A DNA stretch of 64,000 nt, from positions 1,152,001 through 1,216,000 of the forward strand of contig CBDDIJ010000003.1 of assembly GCA_965228855.1 (NCBI GenBank). The letters run 5' to 3'. The notes below the pieces were generated by a model, which did not search any database, was not told where the DNA came from, and saw nothing but the letters and a program-made list of their open reading frames with translations. This document shows positions 1-10,670 of the stretch, one piece after another. The DNA is from Candidatus Obscuribacterales bacterium (lineage in GTDB: Bacteria; Cyanobacteriota; Vampirovibrionia; Obscuribacterales; Obscuribacteraceae). Made by a program: the position numbers and the translations under genes. The stretch's first letter is position 1; each line of letters begins with the position of its first letter.

Positions 1-1660
1 CTGTCCGCTCAAGTGCTACCAGAATATCCGCTAATCGAACATTTTGAGTTAGCTGATGTCGGGGCGTGGCGCCTCGATCTTCCTGGTCGAGAAGAATCAA
101 TGCTTCTTCGAATTTTTGCATTCGTTGATATAGACAGATAAGGTCGACTTTGCAATCGAGCGCTAAATCTGCGTCAACTTCCTTCGCCAATTCATAAGCC
201 ATGAGGAGCAAAAGCTCAGCTTCCGAGGGCATATTCGTTCGATTAAAGATGTAGGCAGTACTTCGGATAATATCGATCTGTCTGCCGATGTCATCTTTGT
301 ATTGATTGAAATCCAACTTCTCCGCGGAATTTACGACTAATTCCCAAATGGCGTAGCGTTCTACCGGCTCAAGTAGATCTGCTAGATTCAGCATCTCTGA
401 GATGCAAGACACCAGGTGGTGAGGCTGAGAACCGCAGATAGAGACTGCGTCTTCGAGAATCTGCTTCAACAACTCTTCAGCATCACGCAGACGACCGTCG
501 CGGATCATAATATTCGCGACCTGTAGCTTTGCTGCAATTACAAGTGAGTGTGTGTCGTCGAAGAAATCTAAAACACCGTTTAACGCCTCTAACGCAACAT
601 CTTCTTGATGTTGCAAAATGTCTTTATCGCCGGGTTCTATTACTGGCATCAAGCTGCCGTACATCAACTGCAATCTTGCACGTTTTGGATGTCTTGTACC
701 AAACGACTTGTCTATTATTTCGAATGCGCGATCCAGCAGCGGTTTGTAATCGGCTATTGATTCGCCTACGCTGGTCAAACAAGCACGATTGAGAAGGTAT
801 GAGGGCAACAGCGGATGCTCGTTTCCATATTGCTGCTCGATCATGCTTAAGGCATCACCACAATAGTTCCGTGCTGTTTCCCAGTCATGGTCGCTAAAAG
901 CGAGTCGCCTGCTGACCAGGAAGTAGGTCTCTGCTGTAAGCTGGTGGGGACCAAGCTTTTCACACAATACGAGTGCTTCTTCCTGATGCTTTCGCGTCAC
1001 TCCATAGAGTAATTTCGTCATGGAGGATTTGAGCAATTGCGCTCGCACCATATTTTCAGTCTGATGCCACTCGTCAGAAACTCCCTTGATTTCCCAGCCC
1101 GGACCGAAGAAAGTGAAGGCAATCGCTGGTTCTAAATAAATAGGATACGTGCAATCGGTTTCATCAATATAAGTGACCATAGGCATCGAGGCCGTTTGCA
1201 GAAACTGGTCTACTGACTCGAGAGCCTTTTGCTGATTTCCCAGACCAAGTTCCGCCCTTGCGATGTTGTACCAAAACTCGCAGGAGACTCTGGTGTGTTC
1301 GGCTCCCAGAACTTTAAGAGCTAAAACCGATTCCGTTTTCGCATCGTCAAAGTGCTCTTGTTCCAGGTATAACTGCGAGCGAATGTGCATGGCGAGCGCT
1401 TTTTGGAGACGCTCGCCGGGGGTGGATTCGTCCTTGGTCAGCGAAAAAGCTTCGCGCAACGCAGTGGTGGCATCCTGATACTTGGCGCGAGCTGAGTATC
1501 CTGCGGCGAGGTTGTTGAGTGCTTCCGCGAGTTGTTCGGGTGCGGCGTTATCATTGCGCGCACGCCGAACACTTTCGACGAATAGCTCCTCGGCCTTGAG
1601 AAACTTGCAGCACTTATAAAGTGCTATTCCTTCTTCGGCGCAGCTTTTCCAAGTTCTCAA
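1..1660 (-). CDS. Tetratricopeptide-repeat protein (partial; 3' end beyond window start)
   Basis: Absent from the ORF track, consistent with no stop inside the window. Manual translation from TTG at 1660 gives MRTWKSCAEEGIALYKCCKFLKAEELF...LAEALNNLAAGYSARAKYQDA (kinesin-light-chain-type TPR). The same frame is open at positions 1-58; the middle was not fully translated. Confidence 0.75.
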   Translation of the reverse strand, partial: MRTWKSCAEEGIALYKCCKFLKAEELFVESVRRARNDNAAPEQLAEALNNLAAGYSARAKYQDATTALREAFSLTKDESTPGERLQKALAMHIRSQLYLEQEHFDDAKTESVLALKVLGAEHTRVSCEFWYNIARAELGLGNQQKALESVDQFLQTASMPMVTYIDETDCTYPIYLEPAIAFTFFGPGWEIKGVSDEWHQTENMVRAQLLKSSMTKLLYGVTRKHQEEALVLCEKLGPHQLTAETYFLVSRRLAFSDHDWETARNYCGDALSMIEQQYGNEHPLLPSYLLNRACLTSVGESIADYKPLLDRAFEIIDKSFGTRHPKRARLQLMYGSLMPVIEPGDKDILQHQEDVALEALNGVLDFFDDTHSLVIAAKLQVANIMIRDGRLRDAEELLKQILEDAVSICGSQPHHLVSCISEMLNLADLLEPVERYAIWELVVNSAEKLDFNQYKDDIGRQIDIIRSTAYIFNRTNMPSEAELLLLMAYELAKEVDADLALDCKVDLICLYQRMQKFEEALILLDQEDRGATPRHQLTQNVRLADILVALERT

Positions 1661-1690
1661 ACCAGTTGTCCCGTTTATGCGGTGATCCGC

Positions 1691-3970
1691 TTACGCGGTT
1701 ACAGGTTTAGCCTTTTTCTTAATCAAGTTGAGAGCGCTGCCTTCTTTGAACCATTCGATTTGTTCTTCGGTGAAAGTGTGCTTCAATTCAATCTTCTCTT
1801 CGCTGCCGTCTTCGTGCGTAAGAACCATCGTCACCGGCTTGTTAACAGCCAGTTTGTCGAGGTCTACGACGCTGAGGAAATCGGTCGCTTTGATTTTGTC
1901 GTAGTCGGCCGGATTCGCGAATGTGAATGCCAGGATGCCTTGTTTTTTGAGGTTGGTCTCGTGAATACGTGCGAAGCTCTTCACGACCACGGCTTTGCAG
2001 CCGAGGAAGCGAGGTGACATCGCTGCGTGTTCGCGGCTGGAGCCTTCTCCGTAGTTCTCGTCTCCGACAACGATCCAGCCCATTCCTTCTTTCTTGTAGT
2101 GCCTTGCAGCTTCCGGAACGGTTTTTACCTTTTTATCAATGATATCAGTGACGGTGCCAGGTTCACCACCGAATGCGTTGATGGCGCCGATGAACATGTT
2201 GTCGCTGATCCTATCGAGATGCCCTCTATATCGCAGCCACGGGCCGGCAGGAGAAATATGGTCCGTGGTGCACTTGCCTTTTGCCTTGAGTAGCAGAGGC
2301 AACTTGACGTAATCTTTTCCGTCCCACGCTTTGAAGGGTTCGAGCAATTGGAGTCGCTCGCTGTTCGGGTCAACTTTAACTTGAATTGAAGAACCGTCTT
2401 TTGCCGGCTCGACGTAGCCTGCGTCTTCAGAGATGAAACCTTGAGCAGGCAATTCCGAAGATTCGGGTTGCTCAAGTTTGACCTCTTTGCCGTCAGCCGT
2501 TTTCAGTGTGTCCTTCAAAGGATTGAACGACAGTCTTCCTGCGATTGCAAGCGCGGTCACGATTTCAGGACTTGCGATGAACGCGTTGGTCTCTGGATTT
2601 CCATCGTTACGCTTTTGAAAGTTTCTATTGAACGAAGTGATGATCGAGTTCTTTTCACCCTGTTTAATATCATCACGCTTCCACTGACCGATGCATGGGC
2701 CGCAAGCGTTGGCTAGAACCGTTCCGCCGATGCTCTCCAGCGTTTCGAGTTGTCCGTCTCGTTTGATCGTCTGGTGAATTTGCTCGGAACCCGGTGTGAT
2801 CAAATATCCGCATTCAGCTTTTAAACCGTGTTGCGCTGCTTGTTTCGCCACGTTGGCTGCGCGTGTCATGTCCTCGTAAGAGGAGTTGGTGCAGCTTCCA
2901 ATCAGTGCACAGGTGAGCTCATCCGGATAGCCGTTTTTCTTCACATCTTCAGCGAGTTGCGAAATCGGTCTTGCCAGGTCCGGTGTGTGTGGTCCGACAA
3001 CGTATGGTTCCAGCGTGTCGAGATCGATCTCTACTATTTGATCGAAGTACTTTTCCGGATCGCTTTCGATTTCAGGATCGGCAACCAGATATTCAGAGAA
3101 TTCGTCACAAAGGTCGGCGACGGCTTTGCGCTCGGTGGCGATCAGGTAGCGCGCCATGCGCTCGTCGTAGGGGAAAATAGAAGTGGTTGCTCCGAGTTCC
3201 GCACCCATGTTGGTGATAGTGCCTTTACCGGTGCAGCTCAGTGACTTGGTGCCGCTGCCGAAGTACTCGATAATCGCACCCGTACCACCTTTTACGGTCA
3301 GGATGCCGGCGAGCTTAAGAATTACGTCTTTCGGAGACGTCCAGCCATTAAGTTTTCCTTTCAAATGAACGCCGATCTTCTTGGGCCATCTTACGCCCCA
3401 CGGTTCGCCAACCATTACGTCTACAGCGTCTGCGCCGCCGACACCAATGGCGATCATGCCTAGACCGCCTGCATTTGGGGTATGCGAGTCTGTTCCGATC
3501 ATCATTCCGCCCGGGAATGCATAGTTTTCGAGGACAACCTGGTGAATGATACCTGCGCCCGGCTTCCAGAATCCGATGCCGTGTTTGGCGCTTGCGGAAC
3601 TCAAGAAGTCATAGACTTCTTTATTGTCCTGTAAAGCCTGGTCCATATCCTTGTCTGCGCCGACGCGAGCCTGAATAAGGTGGTCGCAGTGGACTGTCGA
3701 GGGCACCTGAGCCTGATCGATTTGCGCTTGCATGAACTGCAGGAGTGCCATTTGAGCAGTTGCGTCTTGCATCGCAACACGGTCAGGGCGCAGGAAAGCG
3801 TATGTAGTGCCGCCTTCCGGGATGCCTTCTTCGGGCCATCTATCGAGGTGAGCGGTGAGAATCTTCTCTGTGAGCGTCAAAGGGCGATTGTATTTCTTTT
3901 TTGCTTCGCGATATTTTTCAACGCGAGATTTGTAGAACTGTTTGTATTGCTCGTTTGTTAACTTTGCCAT
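1691..3970 (-). CDS. acnA: Aconitate hydratase, mitochondrial-type (short AcnA family)
   Basis: [70 protein letters not shown]; 759 aa. Confidence 0.96.
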   Translation of the reverse strand: MAKLTNEQYKQFYKSRVEKYREAKKKYNRPLTLTEKILTAHLDRWPEEGIPEGGTTYAFLRPDRVAMQDATAQMALLQFMQAQIDQAQVPSTVHCDHLIQARVGADKDMDQALQDNKEVYDFLSSASAKHGIGFWKPGAGIIHQVVLENYAFPGGMMIGTDSHTPNAGGLGMIAIGVGGADAVDVMVGEPWGVRWPKKIGVHLKGKLNGWTSPKDVILKLAGILTVKGGTGAIIEYFGSGTKSLSCTGKGTITNMGAELGATTSIFPYDERMARYLIATERKAVADLCDEFSEYLVADPEIESDPEKYFDQIVEIDLDTLEPYVVGPHTPDLARPISQLAEDVKKNGYPDELTCALIGSCTNSSYEDMTRAANVAKQAAQHGLKAECGYLITPGSEQIHQTIKRDGQLETLESIGGTVLANACGPCIGQWKRDDIKQGEKNSIITSFNRNFQKRNDGNPETNAFIASPEIVTALAIAGRLSFNPLKDTLKTADGKEVKLEQPESSELPAQGFISEDAGYVEPAKDGSSIQVKVDPNSERLQLLEPFKAWDGKDYVKLPLLLKAKGKCTTDHISPAGPWLRYRGHLDRISDNMFIGAINAFGGEPGTVTDIIDKKVKTVPEAARHYKKEGMGWIVVGDENYGEGSSREHAAMSPRFLGCKAVVVKSFARIHETNLKKQGILAFTFANPADYDKIKATDFLSVVDLDKLAVNKPVTMVLTHEDGSEEKIELKHTFTEEQIEWFKEGSALNLIKKKAKPVTA

Positions 3971-4244
3971 TGTATTCGCCTTTATTCGCCTTCGCCTTAC
4001 AACCGTTAGAGATTGGCGCTATGCGCTGCTCTCAAGCTGATCGCAGTCACCAGTGATAGGTCGCGAAAACCTAACTAATGGCAACCTGTCTGACTTATCA
4101 GCACCTTAAATTTTACCAGAAGCAGACGTCAACGGTTTCTATTTAAAGGATTGATGACGGCGCATCGAGGGAACTAATCAGACGATTGCCTAATGTGTAA
4201 TCTTGTGAAACCATTTGCAGGTGTTTTCTTTGCAGGAGCAAATT

Positions 4245-4979
4245 ATGCTTCCCCTGGATAGCCCCGTCTGGAATGACCTCGAGTGCGCCCGCGGTTCGGC
4301 CGGACATATACCAGCTTTGATTAGTAGAGTTTGTGACCCCTCGCTGGTTGAAAGCGAAATAAAAGCCAGCTGGACTGAAGTCTGGGAGAATCTTTGCCAT
4401 AACGACAGAGTTTACGCCGCAACCTACGCGGCTGTACCGCACCTGGCGGCATGCGTATTGAAGGGGAATCTTGTTTCGCGCCTTGAGCTGCTTTTATTCT
4501 CCGGTCGCGTTCTGGGCTTCGGACAGCTGGTCGGTAAGCCTTTGTCCGTAAAGTTGGTTGAGGGTTTCTCGCAGGTAGTTGATAAGATAGCAGCGGAAAG
4601 CGCGGCTATCGTGCGAGAAGCCAGAGAGCAAAATCTTTTGTCCCGCTATCCGTCGACTCGACTTATTCAATCCACTCTCGCGCTCAACTTCGGCTGCGAT
4701 CCGGTTGTTCAATTAATTCAATCAATTATCGATGACAATTTGGAAATCGAAGTAGTTTGCCCAGGGTGCGACGAGCCTAGCAAGGTTTTAGTTGATGAAC
4801 ACCAGAGCGCAAATACAAAGGTCGAAACATCGGCGGACGATGATTCCGTCACAGCAGGTATGACGCTAGCAAACGAACTGGGAGACGCATCACTGGAAAA
4901 GCGCATTGCCACATTGCGCTCAACCGTCAAGTGTAAAAGTTGTGATGTCGAGTTTGCGATGTACGACGGTTATGTCTAA
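4245..4979 (+). CDS. Hypothetical protein with two C-terminal CxxC motifs
   Basis: AGGAG SD before ATG 4245; CPGC and CKSC motifs. Confidence 0.7.
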   Translation: MLPLDSPVWNDLECARGSAGHIPALISRVCDPSLVESEIKASWTEVWENLCHNDRVYAATYAAVPHLAACVLKGNLVSRLELLLFSGRVLGFGQLVGKPLSVKLVEGFSQVVDKIAAESAAIVREAREQNLLSRYPSTRLIQSTLALNFGCDPVVQLIQSIIDDNLEIEVVCPGCDEPSKVLVDEHQSANTKVETSADDDSVTAGMTLANELGDASLEKRIATLRSTVKCKSCDVEFAMYDGYV

Positions 4980-5000
4980 CGATTGCCACTAAAACTGGTG

Positions 5001-5501
5001 TCATTTCGGTTCGACATCTCGATTGATGATCCAGTGAGCCCCCTTTCGTGGAAAGGCATAGACGGCCCATTTGAAGTGACGCATGCGAATCTTATGAAAT
5101 CCCGCATCTCGCATTTCTGCGTATGCGCTGTCGGCACTCCAACCATCGCGGGCCATGCGATAGAAGGCAATGAGCATGCCGGTTCGGTCTGCCCCGTGTT
5201 TACAGTGTAGAAATATTGGATAGTGCGAAGGATCGTCGATAATGCTGAAAAACTTATCGATCTCGTCGGGCTTTGGAAGAATCCAGTACGTAAGTGGCAG
5301 ATATATGAATCTCAGCCCAAGTTCTTCTGCTCTGCGTTGTTCTTCCTCAATGGCCGAAGAATTCCATCGCAAGCATACGATGGTTTTGATGCCAGCGTCT
5401 TTCAGTTCAACGAGTTGCTCCAGGTCTGGTTGACCACCGCGGTAAAACCATTCGTTGACGACGCGGAAGTTCTTAATTGTTAGTTGCGATTTCTCCAGCA
5501 T
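5001..5501 (-). CDS. Cys-based protein tyrosine/dual-specificity phosphatase (Siw14/PFA-DSP-like)
   Basis: NFRVV..FYRGGQP and CX5R loop HCKHGADRTG. Confidence 0.9.
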   Translation of the reverse strand: MLEKSQLTIKNFRVVNEWFYRGGQPDLEQLVELKDAGIKTIVCLRWNSSAIEEEQRRAEELGLRFIYLPLTYWILPKPDEIDKFFSIIDDPSHYPIFLHCKHGADRTGMLIAFYRMARDGWSADSAYAEMRDAGFHKIRMRHFKWAVYAFPRKGAHWIINRDVEPK

Positions 5502-5588
5502 TTACCGGTGATGATGGTCGAGACTCTGCCATAAAAATTCTAACCGCTATCGCCTCGTCTCGCAATTGCCGGCGCCTTGGTTTCACCG

Positions 5589-7046
5589 TTATGGTTTGAG
5601 CATCTCCATCAACGTCTCACGAGCAACTTCAAGCTGTCTCTCATAGCCGGACTGATCCAGGGACTTATTTCCGATTTCAACGTCTGGTGTAACGCCGACG
5701 CCCTCTAACCGTACACCGCCGATGGTGCCATCTAAAACAGCGATATATGCGGTGCATTTTTCGTCTATCGGAGAAATGCTGCCCGCCACAACTGCTCCAG
5801 CCGTTTTAGTTCCCACCAATTTCGCTCTACCTGTTCTTTTCAGGCTGAACGAAACCAGCTCTTTTCCGCTGCGACTGCCGTCGTTAATCACGGCGACGAT
5901 CGGTTTGTCGTAGTAGTAGCGAGAAACATTTTTCTTGCCATCTCTACTGACGGTAACAAAGTCCGGATACGCTTTCGGGTCTCTGTAAAAACGGTCCAGA
6001 TCAGTTAGGCTGTTTCCTCCGTATCCATCGCGCAAATCTAAGATTAAACCGTCAGTGTCGCCTAGTTTTTCCTCCATGATCTCGTCGAGTGCTTCGTAGC
6101 TGCGTCGGCCTCCGCACCACACGTGCACGTATCCGATCTTCTTGCCGTCGATCTTAGTCACCGTGACGCTCTTTCGAGTTGCTTTGACGTATGCCGAGTA
6201 AAGGTCAGCTTTCTCTGGTTTTACTGAGATAACTTTGGTGATGCCGTCTCGTTCGATGGTTATCGTGGAGGTACTGCCTGCGGTATCAAGAAAATTTAAG
6301 TAACCGACGTAGCCAAGCCCGTTTACCTTAATGATGTGATCTCCTATTTGCAAACCCGCTTTGGCTGCGGGACTTCCATCGAGGATGTAGCGGACTTGAT
6401 TGTCAGCGTACGGTTTTGTGCCGGTAACAAAGCCCACGTAATCGACTTTTCCTTTACTCAACTTCTTGTTGAAGTCTGAAAACAGCGCGTGTAAGAAATG
6501 ATACATCTCGTCATTGATGGTCACGAAGTTGCAGTGGCTGGAATTCAAAGAGGAGAAAGCCACCGACATAGAAGCGCCCAGTTCCGCAAGTGTTTTGCTG
6601 TTTACGATCGAGTCGTGTTGTTTCTTCAGTGCCTCTTTCCAGATGCTTTTGGCCACTACAGGATCATAGAAGCGTTTGGAAACCGCTTCGTCCACGAGCT
6701 CGAGGATCCTTTTGTTGTATGTTGCATCAACATAGAAAGACTGGGGTAACGTAGATGGCGGCTTTGTAGCTGACAGCTCTTTGCCGAGCTGTTGCTCCTT
6801 CGAGACAGCTTGCGTCTTGTTACTCTCTTGAACCTGGTTGCGCCGTTCCTTCTCGTCATCGTCATCGTCATCGTCATCATCGTCATGTGATTCGACTATA
6901 AGCGTTCTATCATTTCGGACTGCTGAAACAGACTTCGGATTGGCGGCTGACGCGGGTATATTGCCGGCGCTGCTGGAGACGCTAATTGACAAGATCAGGA
7001 GCAGGTGCAATTTTGTCGCTATATTTTTCATAGGCTCATTTTGCAT
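5589..7046 (-). CDS. S41 family C-terminal processing peptidase with PDZ domain
   Basis: Signal-like N-terminus; GSPAAKAGLQIGDHI (PDZ), GLILDLRDGYGG, SRSGKE, LVGTKTAGA, LEGVGVTPD. Confidence 0.9.
   Translation of the reverse strand: MQNEPMKNIATKLHLLLILSISVSSSAGNIPASAANPKSVSAVRNDRTLIVESHDDDDDDDDDDEKERRNQVQESNKTQAVSKEQQLGKELSATKPPSTLPQSFYVDATYNKRILELVDEAVSKRFYDPVVAKSIWKEALKKQHDSIVNSKTLAELGASMSVAFSSLNSSHCNFVTINDEMYHFLHALFSDFNKKLSKGKVDYVGFVTGTKPYADNQVRYILDGSPAAKAGLQIGDHIIKVNGLGYVGYLNFLDTAGSTSTITIERDGITKVISVKPEKADLYSAYVKATRKSVTVTKIDGKKIGYVHVWCGGRRSYEALDEIMEEKLGDTDGLILDLRDGYGGNSLTDLDRFYRDPKAYPDFVTVSRDGKKNVSRYYYDKPIVAVINDGSRSGKELVSFSLKRTGRAKLVGTKTAGAVVAGSISPIDEKCTAYIAVLDGTIGGVRLEGVGVTPDVEIGNKSLDQSGYERQLEVARETLMEMLKP
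6852..6887. repeat. (TCGTCA)n-like simple repeat encoding a poly-Asp tract
   Basis: tcgtcatcgtcatcgtcatcgtcatcatcgtcatg, encoding HDDDDDDDDDDE on the minus strand. Confidence 0.8.
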
Positions 7047-7200
7047 TCAACCCGATAATGATACGACTTCTACTGCTCTAGATATGTGTGCGCGACAAAA
7101 TATATATCAAACACGGTAGCGTCATAATCCGTTTCGACATCCTTGCTACGCGGAGTTTCAAATCGCCATCGCTTACAATTCTTGCTGGCAGGAGGCAAGC

Positions 7201-8649
7201 GTGCGGGCAAAACCATCAATTTATATTCCAACGCTGTACTTCGCCGAAGGACTTCCGTACACGATTGTAGCGTTGATGTCGACTGTTTTTTATAAAAACA
7301 TAGGCGTCTCTAACGCCTTTATCGGCATGACCAGCTTTTTGACTCTGCCCTGGACATTAAAGTTTCTCTGGTCTCCGTTTGTCGATATCTACGGAACGAA
7401 ACGGAAATGGGTACTGGTAGCACAGGCGGTGCTCGGGTGCATTGCCCTTCTTCTGATCGGTGCCGTTTTCCTGCCTGATGCCGAATACGTCAGCCTGGTC
7501 ATATTTTTCATCATGGCATTGGCTTCTGCAACTCATGATGTGGCAATCGACGGCTATTATCTGGATGTTTTGAATAAGGAACAGCAGGCGTTCTACGTGG
7601 GCGTGAGAAACGCGGCCTACAAGGTCGCATGGCTTTCAGGGTCCGGTGGTCTTGTATTTCTGGCGGGCAGTTTGGCTGAGACCACCTCGCTTGGTGTCAA
7701 AGGTGGATGGGCGGTTTCATTCGCAGTAGGCGCTGCACTCCTTCTAATCTGTGCTGCATTTCATACTTTTGCTCTGCCTGAGCCTGAAACCGAAGCAACT
7801 ACAAAAAAGGGGGCAGTGCATCTCTCACCGAAAGAATTCATCTCGGTGCTTTCAACATGGCTTAACCAACCTCGCATTGCTATTGTTGTTTTCTACATTC
7901 TGATTTTCAGGCTCGGGGATGCCTTGATGCTGAAGATGGCGCAACCGTTTCTCCTTGATCCGGCAGCAAAAGGTGGTCTGGCAATATCGACTGCGGATGT
8001 CGGCATTATTTATGGAACGGTGGGGATGCTCTTCCTGTTGGCGGGCGGTATCATCGGCGGTGCACTTGTTTCGAAATACGGATTAAGAAAATGCTTGCTT
8101 CCTACGGCATTGATTCAAAACAGCGCAATTACGCTGTATTGGTGGCTGGCACTGGCAAAACCGGCTGGATCTGTTAATGTGCTTGGTTTTCCGCTTACTG
8201 AGATGTTGAGCAAAATGACCGATAACCCCGACGTGCTCCGTTGGTTTGACGCGCGACTCTTGCTTACGATCTCCGTCAATTCCGTTGAGCAATTTGCTTA
8301 TGGTCTTGGGACCGCAGCTTACACTGTATTTCTGTTAAGTACGGTTCGGTCCGAATACAAAGCGGCTCATTATGCGATCGCGACGGCTATTATGGCTTTT
8401 GGTGTCATGATTCCTGGATTCACTAGCGGCTGGTTGCAGGAATCAGTCGGATACGAGCGATTTTTCTTGATCAGTTTTGTTGCGTCATTGCCGGGAATGG
8501 CTGCGATTTTTGCATTGCCACTGGATAATTCTTCGGTTCCGGAGGCGGAGGAAATTGTCTCGAAAGAAAAGATTGTTGGGGGACTGAAACCTGAGCCTGT
8601 CGCCGAAAAGGCAGAAAGTTTTGACCAGACAAATGACTCAGAAGTTTAA
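7201..8649 (+). CDS. ampG: AmpG-like MFS permease (muropeptide transporter family)
   Basis: LYFAEGLP, LPWTLKFLWSPFVD, SATHDVAIDGYY; many TM helices; GGAGG SD before GTG. Confidence 0.82.
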   Translation: MRAKPSIYIPTLYFAEGLPYTIVALMSTVFYKNIGVSNAFIGMTSFLTLPWTLKFLWSPFVDIYGTKRKWVLVAQAVLGCIALLLIGAVFLPDAEYVSLVIFFIMALASATHDVAIDGYYLDVLNKEQQAFYVGVRNAAYKVAWLSGSGGLVFLAGSLAETTSLGVKGGWAVSFAVGAALLLICAAFHTFALPEPETEATTKKGAVHLSPKEFISVLSTWLNQPRIAIVVFYILIFRLGDALMLKMAQPFLLDPAAKGGLAISTADVGIIYGTVGMLFLLAGGIIGGALVSKYGLRKCLLPTALIQNSAITLYWWLALAKPAGSVNVLGFPLTEMLSKMTDNPDVLRWFDARLLLTISVNSVEQFAYGLGTAAYTVFLLSTVRSEYKAAHYAIATAIMAFGVMIPGFTSGWLQESVGYERFFLISFVASLPGMAAIFALPLDNSSVPEAEEIVSKEKIVGGLKPEPVAEKAESFDQTNDSEV

Positions 8650-9042
8650 ACAGTTCCTCGTCCGGACCAATCTGGTGTCGCATCTGGTGCAGAGTTAACT
8701 TCGAAGTTCGAGCATTGAAGCGTAGCGAAGAGCTTGCCGGTGTTGTGGAGTTGTGACCAGCTGGCGACGGGCGTGTGATCGAAAGGACGTTTCGGCTAGC
8801 CTTCGAAGACCCTTTTGACGTTCGTGCATTCGTTCTGGAAAAGCTGCGAAAGATTGATTTAGCTGACATCTAGAGCGTTCAGGACTGGAAGGGATTGGCA
8901 CGTTAAGGATGTCTAATAGCTGAAACAGACGTATAATTCCCATTGACATCTTATATTTGTACTCTTACTCTCGAAGGAGTAATCTGGCACTACGCCGCTG
9001 TGACCGCGGTGAGCCAGCTGAGAATTCAGGTGAGGGGACTAC

Positions 9043-9876
9043 ATGAAACGTTTGCACAAAACATTGATGGTTGCGATATTCGCAGGAGTCTGCGCAGGCA
9101 CGCTACCCGCCCTTGCAGTAACTGATTTTGAACGCGGGAATGACTTGTACGCGAAGGGGCAGTACAGAGCAGCTGTCGACGCATATGTCGATGCGATCTG
9201 CGCAACACCGAAGTCCTATATTCCGCACTACCAGCTGGGCAACACGTACATGAAGCTGGGACGATTACAGGAAGCTCAAACCGAGTACGAAATGTGCCTT
9301 GAGATGTATCCTGACGCGAAGACGAAAGCTAATACGAGAAAGGCTCTTGCTTATATCACAGGTTCTCCTCGGGGAAACGCTGCCGTGTCGCCGTCTGCTG
9401 AGGACAACGCGGTCAGACTCGACCAAGATTTGGCTTCGGCTGCTGAGAAAATGCTTCAAGCTGATAACAAGAGAATCGAGCAAAAGCGTCAGGCAATCGA
9501 AAAAGCTGGTGAGAAGCAGTCCGAACAGATCAAGGCAAGCGTTAAGACTCAAATTGAGCAGCTACGGGCAGTTGCTCCCGCCTACAGAATTGATTACGAA
9601 AAGAACGACCGAGTCGGATACGTGCCGGTTGAGGTCGAACGTGCTCTGAGCGAACGAGCCGAGGCGAATGCCAAGAAAGCGATCGAGATGGCAAATGAGA
9701 AGGCCAAAAGTCTTCCGGAGTCTAACGCAGCTGATACCGCAGATGGTTTGAGAAGCCAGATCTACAATCGCGGCAATTCGAACGTTAGATTGAGCCCCGT
9801 AGGCACGAATGTCTATGTCCGTAACTATCAAACTGGCGGTGGAAAAGTTGCCGACACCGGCAACAGTACGAAGTAA
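9043..9876 (+). CDS. Secreted TPR-containing protein
   Basis: Signal peptide, TPR pair (FERGNDLYAKGQYRAA; HYQLGNTYMKLGRLQEA), coiled-coil C-terminus. Confidence 0.8.
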   Translation: MKRLHKTLMVAIFAGVCAGTLPALAVTDFERGNDLYAKGQYRAAVDAYVDAICATPKSYIPHYQLGNTYMKLGRLQEAQTEYEMCLEMYPDAKTKANTRKALAYITGSPRGNAAVSPSAEDNAVRLDQDLASAAEKMLQADNKRIEQKRQAIEKAGEKQSEQIKASVKTQIEQLRAVAPAYRIDYEKNDRVGYVPVEVERALSERAEANAKKAIEMANEKAKSLPESNAADTADGLRSQIYNRGNSNVRLSPVGTNVYVRNYQTGGGKVADTGNSTK

Positions 9877-9903
9877 TCATCGCTTCTGATTGTGAGAGCA
9901 TTC

Positions 9904-9932
9904 AACGGCACCAGATCTGGTGCCGTTTTTTT
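9904..9932 (+). terminator. Rho-independent terminator
   Basis: Perfect palindrome aacggcaccagatctggtgccgtt followed by a T run, shortly after the stop codon. Confidence 0.8.
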
Positions 9933-10034
9933 CGGAACAAGTTGAAGGTGGTTTTAGTTACTCTCTGATAACGACGGGTGATTAAGTCGCGCAAAATTCG
10001 TGGAGTTGAGCAGGCTCCGTATTCATTTGGGTTG

Positions 10035-10520
10035 TCAGTCCAACGCTTCCATGATGTCCTTGACTGTCGCGTTTAACGATTGCCCGGCATCAACGACAAT
10101 GGCATTGTGGGGCTCTTCGAGCGTCTGGAACTGACTTTTCAGCAGCGATGGGTTCATAAATTCATGGCGTCGATGCGCGAGCCGCTTTTCCAAAATCGCG
10201 GGTGAGACCTTCAGGTACACAAAGATTGGTTTGGGACCCTCAATACCCCCGAGGATTTCGCGGTAAGCCTCTTTCAAGGCTGAACATGCTAGAACTAGAC
10301 TTGTACCGGCTTGTCTATGGGATGTTATCAATTCTGCCAGAGATTGCAGCCATGGCTGCCGGTCCTCATCTGTCAGGGGAATTCCGGAATGCATTTTTGC
10401 TTTGTTGTCAGCAGAGTGAAAGTCGTCAGCATCGATGAAGTCGCACAACAGACGCTGAGCGAGTCTTTTCCCTACCGAGGTTTTGCCGCTCCCCGAAACG
10501 CCCATCACAACGATGATCAC
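10035..10520 (-). CDS. gntK: Gluconokinase (GntK/IdnK)
   Basis: VMGVSGSGKT P-loop, DADDFH, GIPLTDEDRQPWL, LACSALK, SQFQTLEEP. Confidence 0.95.
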   Translation of the reverse strand: MIIVVMGVSGSGKTSVGKRLAQRLLCDFIDADDFHSADNKAKMHSGIPLTDEDRQPWLQSLAELITSHRQAGTSLVLACSALKEAYREILGGIEGPKPIFVYLKVSPAILEKRLAHRRHEFMNPSLLKSQFQTLEEPHNAIVVDAGQSLNATVKDIMEALD

Positions 10521-10670
10521 GCTATTTCCTGCTGATCGACGATCTATGCTTCAATGATACACAATTAGGTTTAATCTCTTACAGGGCGAGGGTAAGAAGT
10601 AATCTAAGTGGACTGTGGAACCCGGTGCGACGGTAAGGCACCAAATACGATATCAAGCCCGGAGATTGAA

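Noticed and set aside
529..1478. Plus-strand ORFs at 529-792 and 1263-1478, and the other short antisense ORFs in the track
   Set aside because: Shadow ORFs opposite well-supported genes
8471..8949. Minus-strand ORFs (132 and 84 aa) between ampG and the TPR gene
   Set aside because: One overlaps ampG extensively; neither has recognisable motifs or a clear SD
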